A DNA stretch of 22,897 nt from a bacterium (GTDB lineage Bacteria > SZUA-182 > DTGQ01), in contig JBFMGO010000099.1 of assembly GCA_040752695.1 (NCBI GenBank), forward strand, positions 1 to 22,897, in the 5' to 3' direction. The first letter of the stretch is position 1; each line of letters starts with the position of its first letter. Below the pieces are notes generated by a model. It searched no databases. It was not told the origin of the DNA and saw only the letters and a program-made list of their open reading frames with translations. Of this stretch, positions 17,597-22,897 are shown piece by piece. The position numbers and the translations under genes were made by a program.

Positions 17597-18895
17597 TCAA
17601 TCCTTCTGCTCTTGCCCGATACAGCCTTCTTCAATACGATCTTCCCCAATACGGTCTTCCCCAATTACCAGAACCTCCGGTTCCAGTGCAATTCCAGAGG
17701 ACTGATAGACCCTCTTTTGAATCATGTCCATCAAGCGTAAAACATCGGAGCAGGAAGCCCCATGCCGGTTGATGATAAAATTGGCGTGAACTGTCGATAT
17801 TTGAGCTCCGCCAATCGAAATCCCTTTGAGACCGGCCTGATCGATCAACCTGCCTGCCGATTCTCCAGGCGGGTTCTTAAAAATGCACCCCGCAGATTTT
17901 TCCCGAAGAGGCTGACGGCTGGCCCGATAGGTATACCGTTCACTGATCCCGGCCAAAACGGCATCCTTACTCTCAGCCGGATGAAGCTGCACTACTGCGC
18001 GGGTGATGATTCCTCCCCTCGGCAGGGAACACCGTCGGTAGGAAAAATCCAGGCTCCCCCCCCTGGGAGTATCTTCAGCGCTTCCCCTGGGAGCATCTTC
18101 AACACCGGCTGTCTCGAAGTTACCGGCAGCACCGGCAACACCGGGAGCACCGGCAGCCCTGTGCCGGGGCCGGGGTAAGCCCCCCGCCCTGCATGTACCG
18201 GTGCCGAGCACCTCACAAGACCCGTCGGGATATACCAGATGGACCTCACTGACCAACGGACCGATTTCCTCCGGGCCTGCGCCTGCGTTCATGAAGAGAG
18301 CTCCGCCCAATGATCCGGGAATACCGGTTGTAAATTCCAGACCTGACAAACCATGCTGGACCGATAGCCGCAGCAAAGAAGAAAGAGGACAGGCGGCACC
18401 GCTGACGATCCGGGGTCCCTCCACCCGGGCCTGGCGGAATTCTCCACCCAGACGAATCACCAGCCCCCGGATTCCCCCATCTTTCACCAGGAGGTTTGTA
18501 CCTCTGCCCAGCATAAAAAAAGGCATTCCCGGATTCTCGCTGCCGCAGGGGCTCTCTGCGCCACAGAGGCTCTCTGCGCCACAGAGGCTCTCTGCGCCAC
18601 AGAGGCTCTCTGTTTCGCGGGAGTGACGGTCAGGATGGTCACTCATGAAATTGCTGTAACCATAGGTATCCATCAGTGCAATCAGCTCCAGTAACTTTTC
18701 CATAGTAGTCACGGTAACCAGACAATCAGCCGGGCCTCCGATGCCAAAAGAGGTATATCCCCTGAGCGGTTCCTGGAATTTCGCATCTCCTTTAAAAACA
18801 CTTTTCAGATGGTTCCAAAAGGCCTGACGGCGAGGCTGGCCCTGGATCTCTGGATGATAATGTCCCTGGAATCCTCGACGAATGGCGCAACTCAT
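17597..18895 (-). CDS. murB: UDP-N-acetylenolpyruvoylglucosamine reductase with two large loop insertions
   Basis: TSFGIGGPA, LGRGTNLL, GIPGSLGGALFMNAG, FSYR, SAGCIFKNP, HANF and LEPEV. ATG 18895 overlaps the murC stop (ATGA) with SD AAGGAG. Confidence 0.95.
   Translation of the reverse strand: MSCAIRRGFQGHYHPEIQGQPRRQAFWNHLKSVFKGDAKFQEPLRGYTSFGIGGPADCLVTVTTMEKLLELIALMDTYGYSNFMSDHPDRHSRETESLCGAESLCGAESLCGAESPCGSENPGMPFFMLGRGTNLLVKDGGIRGLVIRLGGEFRQARVEGPRIVSGAACPLSSLLRLSVQHGLSGLEFTTGIPGSLGGALFMNAGAGPEEIGPLVSEVHLVYPDGSCEVLGTGTCRAGGLPRPRHRAAGAPGVAGAAGNFETAGVEDAPRGSAEDTPRGGSLDFSYRRCSLPRGGIITRAVVQLHPAESKDAVLAGISERYTYRASRQPLREKSAGCIFKNPPGESAGRLIDQAGLKGISIGGAQISTVHANFIINRHGASCSDVLRLMDMIQKRVYQSSGIALEPEVLVIGEDRIGEDRIEEGCIGQEQKD
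17606..17665. repeat. Four 15-bp in-frame units forming the MurB C-terminal tail
   Basis: Encode IGEDR/IGEDR/IEEGC/IGQEQ. Confidence 0.85.
18060..18157. repeat. 24-bp x2 and 9-bp x4 in-frame repeats in the second MurB insertion
   Basis: CCCCTGGGAGYATCTTCA at 18060 and 18084; ACCGGCAGC-like units four times at 18122-18157. Confidence 0.85.
18533..18612. repeat. 18-bp in-frame tandem repeat (ESLCGA) in the first MurB insertion
   Basis: GCTCTCTGCGCCACAGAG three times, perfect (18551-18604), plus a partial and a degenerate flanking copy. Confidence 0.92.
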
Positions 18896-20598
18896 GTAAA
18901 CTTCTCCTTGACCATAGTCACAATCTTCTGGCTGATTTTCCAGATATCCCCTGCCCCGAGCGTGAGGATCATGTCGCCGGGGCGGGCTATTTCCATGAGC
19001 AGGCATGGAATATCGTCCCTGTTGGGGATGTAATGCACACACCCGTGGCCATGCCGCCTGATCCCATCAGCCATGAGCTGGCTATGAATACCCTCGATGG
19101 GCTCTTCTCCGGCAGCATAGATATCGGTAATGATCAGAATGTCAGAATGGGAAAAGGCAGTGTAAAAATCCGTGAGCAGGTCTCTAGTTCTGGTGTACCG
19201 ATGAGGCTGAAATATGACAATCAGCCGCCGTGCCTGGCTGTCCTTTTGGGACGAAGACCCCGCCCCTGCCGCCGTCGTCCTATCGCCTGCCGCCATCATC
19301 CTATCCCCTGCCGCCGTCATCCCGTCTTCTGCCGCCGTCATGCCGACCCCTGCCGCTGTCATGCCGTCGCTCCCGGTTGCGGTTACACTTCCGGCTGCCA
19401 GAACACTCCTGGCTGCGGCCAGGGTAGCTCTGATTTCCGTGGGATGATGTCCATAGTCATCGATCACGTAGGTACCCTGTACATGGGCTTTGACCTGGAA
19501 CCTGCGATCCGCTCCCCGAAACGATGCCAAAGCTCTCTGGATGGTATCGAAGGAAATATCAAGATCCAATCCTACGGCAATAGCAGCCAGAGAATTGGCG
19601 ATATTATGAATGCCCGGCACATTCAATACGATTTTTCCCATGGTTCGCCCCATCCATAACACTTCGAAGGAAGATTGCAGACCAGCCGCTTCAATGCAGG
19701 CAGCCGTAAGATCGGGCAAAAGCCGGGGCCCCTCTCCGGAAGAGGCCGCGGGCTGGAACCCATCGCCGATTTGCAGGCCGTAGGAGATAAAACGCTTCCG
19801 GATGCCCGGAACCAGGGCCCTGATATTTTCCTCATCCAGGCATAGTACTGCCGCTCCGTAGAAGGGTACTTTGTTGATAAAGTCCAGGAAGGCGGCCTTC
19901 ACCTTTTCCAAAGAGCCGTAATATTCCATATGCTCCGCTTCCACAGTGGTCACCACGGCAATAGTGGGTCTCAATTTCAAAAAGGAGCCGTCACTCTCAT
20001 CCGCTTCGGCAACCAGAAAATCTCCCTCCCCCAGCCGGGCATTGATATGAGGGGCATCTCCTTGAGAATTCTCTCTGTTGTCCCCCTGATTTCGCTGGTT
20101 TCCGTGGCGCTCCTGGCTCCCCTGACACTCCTGGCTCCCGCCGGCAAGACCGGCCAGCCTGCCGCCGATGACAATCGTGGGGTCAAGACCCGCAGAGGCC
20201 AGAACTGTCGCTATCATCGATGTGGTAGTGGTTTTCCCATGGGTTCCCGCTATGGCAATACCATGCTTCAGCCGCATCAGTTCTGCCAGTATTTCCGCTC
20301 TGGGGATCAGCGGGATTTTCGAACTGCGCGCTGCTGCAAGCTCCGGGTTGTCCGGCCGGATGGCCGAAGAATAGACTACGACGCTGCAACCAGCTTCTGC
20401 GAGAAGAGGGCGGATATTCTCAGGATGATGGCCAATGGTTATGCCGATATTCCGCCTGCGCAGGTAGAGGGTGTTTTCCGATTCCGCCGCGTCCGATCCG
20501 CTCACCGAAAGGCCCAGATTATGGAGCAATTCGGCCAGACCGCTCATTCCGATACCGCCAATCCCGATAAAATGCACATGTTTTATCTTCAGAAACAT
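18892..20598 (-). CDS. murC: UDP-N-acetylmuramate--L-alanine ligase with three loop insertions (alternative start 20643)
   Basis: HFIGIGGIGMSG, AGTHGKTTTT, EADESDGSF, DDYGHHPTE, FQPHRYTRT and LGAGDI; 568 aa. Confidence 0.96.
   Translation of the reverse strand: MFLKIKHVHFIGIGGIGMSGLAELLHNLGLSVSGSDAAESENTLYLRRRNIGITIGHHPENIRPLLAEAGCSVVVYSSAIRPDNPELAAARSSKIPLIPRAEILAELMRLKHGIAIAGTHGKTTTTSMIATVLASAGLDPTIVIGGRLAGLAGGSQECQGSQERHGNQRNQGDNRENSQGDAPHINARLGEGDFLVAEADESDGSFLKLRPTIAVVTTVEAEHMEYYGSLEKVKAAFLDFINKVPFYGAAVLCLDEENIRALVPGIRKRFISYGLQIGDGFQPAASSGEGPRLLPDLTAACIEAAGLQSSFEVLWMGRTMGKIVLNVPGIHNIANSLAAIAVGLDLDISFDTIQRALASFRGADRRFQVKAHVQGTYVIDDYGHHPTEIRATLAAARSVLAAGSVTATGSDGMTAAGVGMTAAEDGMTAAGDRMMAAGDRTTAAGAGSSSQKDSQARRLIVIFQPHRYTRTRDLLTDFYTAFSHSDILIITDIYAAGEEPIEGIHSQLMADGIRRHGHGCVHYIPNRDDIPCLLMEIARPGDMILTLGAGDIWKISQKIVTMVKEKFT
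19261..19365. repeat. Five 21-bp in-frame units in MurC
   Basis: Encode GMTAAGV/GMTAAED/GMTAAGD/RMMAAGD/RTTAAGA. Confidence 0.92.
20068..20139. repeat. Four 18-bp degenerate in-frame units in MurC
   Basis: Encode GSQECQ/GSQERH/GNQRNQ/GDNREN. Confidence 0.8.
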
Positions 20599-20608
20599 AC
20601 CGATATAC

Positions 20609-20780
20609 TCACTTTTTGCGATGCATCGTTTTTGTAATTCCATTACTTTGTGCTCATGCTGTTATTTCCGCTACTTTCTCATCATGCCATTGCTTCGCGC
20701 TCATGCCATTACCTTGCGATCATTGCGTTACTTTGCGCTTATGTCGTTACTTTGCGATCATGCCATTACTTTGCGATCAT
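20609..20780. repeat. 19-bp-period array of the murG stop region (7-8 units)
   Basis: TTACTTTGCGATCAT-like cores at 20766, 20747, 20728, 20709, 20690, 20671, 20643 and a decayed one near 20609. Confidence 0.92.
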
Positions 20781-21872
20781 ATGCAGACATTCCTGAACAA
20801 TTCTGGAGGCAGCCTCCGGTTTTCCCAGCTTTTTCGCTTTTTCCCGCATCCGGCTCAGTTTCTCAGGATGCTCCATCAAGGCCCCTATCATGGTCCACAA
20901 ACCCTTTCCCGTCAACTCCCGCTCGATGATCATTTCCGCGGCTTCAGCCTTCTTCAGTTCCCCGGCATTGGTGGCCTGATGGTCATCGACCGCGTACGGG
21001 TAGGGAATCATGATCGATGGTTTCCCCAAAAGGGTGATTTCGGCCACGCTCGTGGCTCCTGCCCGACAGACTACCAGGTCAGCCAGTTGGTAGGTCTCCA
21101 TCATCCGGTAGATGAACGGCAGGACCACAGACTTGACTGGAATCCGCTGATAGCTCTTCTTTACCTCTTCAAAATCCTCCTGCCCTGTCTGGTGGATGAT
21201 CTGGAGTTTTCCGGCCAGATCGTTCGGCAGATCAGCCGCTCCTTCCAGCACCGCTTCATTGATCGTGTGCGCTCCCTTGCTGCCGCCAAAAATAAGGAGC
21301 GTAAATTTACCTTTTTCCAGGCCATACTGCGACCTGAGATCTCCATCCACGGGAACTCCTCCTGCCTGGCGGACGGGATTTCCGGTCAGGACGATTTTCC
21401 CCCTCAGATCGGACGGGAAAAAACCCTCAGTTGCCGGAAATGAAACAAACACCCGTTTCGCCCATCTGGCCAGCATCTTATTCACCCTTCCGGGGAATAA
21501 ATTCTGCTCCTGCATCACGACGGGAACCCTGCTCCACCTTCCGGCAACGAGCATGGGAACCGAAGGGTAGGCACCAAGGCCGATAATTAAAGAGGGCTGA
21601 AATTCCCGCACCAGAAAGACCGCCTGCCTGATGCTGAAGGCAAGGCACCCCAGCGCCCGCACTGTCTGCCAGGATACACCCCGGAAGCTCTCGACCGGCA
21701 GGGCTGCGTATTTCCACCCCTCCTGGGAAACAATCTGTTGATCACTCTTTTTCCTGGTTATGGCAAACAGGATCTCGCAGTCCGGCCTCTGCCTTCGAAA
21801 CTCCTGGGCAATAGCCACACCGGGATATAAATGACCGCCAGTGCCTCCGCCGGCTAAAATAATCTTTACCAT
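20766..21872 (-). CDS. murG: Lipid II GlcNAc transferase MurG
   Basis: AGGGTGGHLYP, EQN, GNPVR, GGSKGA, CRAGATSVAE and DHQATNA. Confidence 0.97.
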   Translation of the reverse strand: MVKIILAGGGTGGHLYPGVAIAQEFRRQRPDCEILFAITRKKSDQQIVSQEGWKYAALPVESFRGVSWQTVRALGCLAFSIRQAVFLVREFQPSLIIGLGAYPSVPMLVAGRWSRVPVVMQEQNLFPGRVNKMLARWAKRVFVSFPATEGFFPSDLRGKIVLTGNPVRQAGGVPVDGDLRSQYGLEKGKFTLLIFGGSKGAHTINEAVLEGAADLPNDLAGKLQIIHQTGQEDFEEVKKSYQRIPVKSVVLPFIYRMMETYQLADLVVCRAGATSVAEITLLGKPSIMIPYPYAVDDHQATNAGELKKAEAAEMIIERELTGKGLWTMIGALMEHPEKLSRMREKAKKLGKPEAASRIVQECLHMIAK

Positions 21873-22000
21873 GAGTCAGTCCCTTTATGAAGAGGGAGTG
21901 CAGTGGCCTTTTTTTCTTTTGCGATTTTTCCCGCTCCGGTTTTGATTTCGCTCATTCCGGTTCCGATTTCGCTTAATCCGAAATTTTTCATTTTCCTCAT
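21866..22000 (-). CDS. Putative 44-aa small ORF overlapping the murG start
   Basis: MRKMKNFGLSEIGTGMSEIKTGAGKIAKEKKATALPLHKGTDSW*. ATGA overlap with the upstream small ORF; contains an in-frame 21-bp duplication (21935-21976). Confidence 0.3.
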   Translation of the reverse strand: MRKMKNFGLSEIGTGMSEIKTGAGKIAKEKKATALPLHKGTDSW

Positions 22001-22104
22001 CGAAGTATTCCAGTCATTATGCCGAAAAAAAGAATAGATAATTTCGGCCTTTTGATCCTGACTCCGGCAGAGCATAAGTCCGGGTGATGTAAGGAGAGCG
22101 ACAT
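21997..22104 (-). CDS. Putative 35-aa small ORF after ftsW
   Basis: Perfect SD AGGAGG (22116-22111) 6 nt before ATG; MSLSLHHPDLCSAGVRIKRPKLSILFFGIMTGILR*. Confidence 0.35.
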   Translation of the reverse strand: MSLSLHHPDLCSAGVRIKRPKLSILFFGIMTGILR

Positions 22105-22116
22105 TCCATACCTCCT

Positions 22117-22897
22117 TCAGGTATACTGAGAAATATTCAGTAAAATCCCGGCAGCTACCGCACTCATGATCAATGACGAACCGCCGAAACTGACAAAAGG
22201 CAAAGGAAGCCCCTTGGTCGGCAGCGCTCCCAGAGCCACCCCGATATTGATCAATGCCTGAAACCCGATCAGGCAGGTAATTCCCAGTGCCAGATAGCAG
22301 GCGAACGGATCTTTGCTCTGGCGGCTTATTTTGAATCCTCGCCAGATAAACACTCCGAACAGAGCCAAAACACAAAGAGCACCGATCAGGCCAAGCTCCT
22401 CTCCGATCACGGAAAAAATAAAATCCGTATGCGCCTCCGGCAGGTATCCCCTCTTTTGAATCCCCTGGCCCAACCCCATACCAAACAGCCCTCCGTTCCC
22501 GATGGCGCACAAGGATTGAATGGTCTGATATCCCACCCCCTTAGGGTCCTTCCATGGGTCCATGAAAATCACGATTCTCTGCCAGCGGTAATCGACAAGA
22601 TAAACCAGTCCTGCCACGGTTGTCATAAAAAGAGCGGTCAGCCCGAAAAGGTGCCGCTTTCTGGCCCCTGCCGCGAATATCAGGGAGATGGCCACGGCCA
22701 TAACCAGGACGCTGGTGCCCAGGTCCGGCTGCTTTACGATCAGCAGCAAAGAGACGCCCAGCACAATGCACAGGGGCAGAAAAATGGCCTTCACGTCCCC
22801 GATCACTTCGGCCTTTTTGGTCAGGAAGTGGGCCAGATATAAGACCAGGGCAAATTTGGCAAACTCGGCAGGCTGAAAACTGAAGCCCGCCAGATGC
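22117..22897 (-). CDS. ftsW: SEDS peptidoglycan polymerase FtsW (5' end outside the window)
   Basis: Frame is open to the window edge: FQPAEFAK, QPDLGT, GYQ, LPEAHTDFIF, EELG and KGLPLPFVSFGGSS; upstream of murG. Confidence 0.95.
   Translation of the reverse strand, partial: HLAGFSFQPAEFAKFALVLYLAHFLTKKAEVIGDVKAIFLPLCIVLGVSLLLIVKQPDLGTSVLVMAVAISLIFAAGARKRHLFGLTALFMTTVAGLVYLVDYRWQRIVIFMDPWKDPKGVGYQTIQSLCAIGNGGLFGMGLGQGIQKRGYLPEAHTDFIFSVIGEELGLIGALCVLALFGVFIWRGFKISRQSKDPFACYLALGITCLIGFQALINIGVALGALPTKGLPLPFVSFGGSSLIMSAVAAGILLNISQYT

Noticed and set aside
18896..19042. Extended murB start at 19042 from the ORF track
   Set aside because: It lies inside murC; ATG 18895 has an SD and an ATGA overlap.
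18053..20139. MurB/MurC insertions as inteins or introns
   Set aside because: They are only 15-52 aa, low-complexity and frame-preserving, with no terminal HN/HQ-[CST] motif or intron boundary features.
20609..20780. Repeat arrays (here and at 6013-6192, 13950-14027) as CRISPR
   Set aside because: Units are head-to-tail with no 25-45 bp unique spacers, there are no cas genes, and the murG and queC units derive from adjacent gene sequence.
22001..22510. The full 214-aa ORF 21866..22510
   Set aside because: Most of it is an alternative frame of ftsW; only the part from ATG 22000 was kept, tentatively.
2210..22876. Numerous + strand ORFs of 60-275 aa in the ORF track
   Set aside because: They are antisense shadows of well-supported - strand genes, with no motifs.

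Overview
Bacterial chromosomal housekeeping region of about 50% GC; the lineage cannot be assigned confidently from the sequence. The + strand carries the 3' remnant of a histidine-kinase gene, apparently cut by an IS-like terminus, followed by an NtrC-family sigma-54 response regulator. From the window end to position 1993 everything runs on the - strand: the dcw cluster (ftsW partial, murG, murC, murB, ddl, ftsQ, ftsA, ftsZ), an orphan ecfT, purB-purC-purF, an MTA/SAH-nucleosidase-like gene, queE-queC, and a separately promoted HEPN / stand-alone receiver / PBP1A unit. Gene content is ordinary, but the DNA architecture is not. At least 14 mutually unrelated short tandem duplications (9-24 bp units) occur at start/stop codons and in loops of conserved enzymes. 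Units are always 3n inside ORFs, giving 15-54 aa low-complexity additions to MurC, MurB and QueC, and are mostly non-3n between genes. Several arrays decay in one direction. Some gene junctions are filled with chains of overlapping mini-ORFs that could relay translational coupling. ftsQ has a strong SD before an in-frame ATA and lies in frame with ddl across a single TGA.
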